The position numbers and the translations under genes were made by a program. From Enoplolaimus lenunculus (taxonomy: Eukaryota), in the NCBI GenBank assembly GCA_030248215.1, contig JASANG010002214.1, forward strand, positions 1 through 64,000: a stretch of DNA of 64,000 bases, read 5' to 3'. The stretch's first letter is position 1, and each line of letters opens with the position of its first letter. The notes under the pieces were generated by a model. The model saw only the letters and a program-made list of their open reading frames with translations. It searched no databases and was not told the DNA's origin. Shown in pieces: positions 63,577-64,000 of the stretch.

Positions 63577-64000
63577 GTATTTATGCAAATTCTACAATAT
63601 CATGCTTGCTTAGTCACCTAGTATACGCATGATATTGTGGAATTAGCATTAATACTCAGTGCCAAATGTTAAAATGTCAAGCATCTAACTTCACTGTTAT
63701 AAACAAACGGATCTTGACGGCCGCGTCCCCTAAAACAACAAATAAATAGCAAATTAATAATGTTCTGTGACAAAACGCATCGGCAAAAAATTAACATCCT
63801 GATCCAGTATTCTACATTTCCGCATATTTATTGCTGGAAAGGCTTAACAGAACACTGTATTAAAGTATTATTTATGAGTATAATAACATGTTTTGCAGCG
63901 ACTTTTGTTCAAAATGATATGACACAAATCAGTATTGATCAAAAAGCATTGTTATTAAAGCAATTGCAGGACTAAAATTATAACAAATTATGGCAAAAGA

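Overview
AT-rich, intron-containing animal DNA, most likely a nematode (abundant TTAGGC hexamers, TTTCAG-type acceptors; this is inference). Four spliced genes were reconstructed by eye from GT/AG boundaries and phase continuity. (1) The 3' end of unc-79 (+, 8 exons, 829-7710). (2) A divergent GLUT/SLC2A sugar porter (-, 3 exons, ~502 aa). (3) A ~2057-aa protein with a very long low-complexity/polyQ N-terminus and C-terminal tandem C2 domains (-, 4 exons). (4) A Dispatched-family protein (-, 5 exons, ~1189 aa). Introns and intergenic DNA are saturated with short non-autonomous DNA transposons. The dominant one (~30 full or partial copies) has GGCC termini and 8-bp target-site duplications (TSDs; Merlin-like), carries arrays of the telomeric hexamer TTAGGC, and occurs as three subfamilies with different co-varying terminal inverted repeats (TIRs). 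Also present are TA-TSD and hAT-type MITEs, a TTAA piggyBac-type element with a tRNA-derived Pol III head, a 185-bp-arm foldback next to a splice acceptor, and several minisatellites. No transposase, rRNA or CRISPR was seen. Coordinates were read manually and may be off by a few bases.
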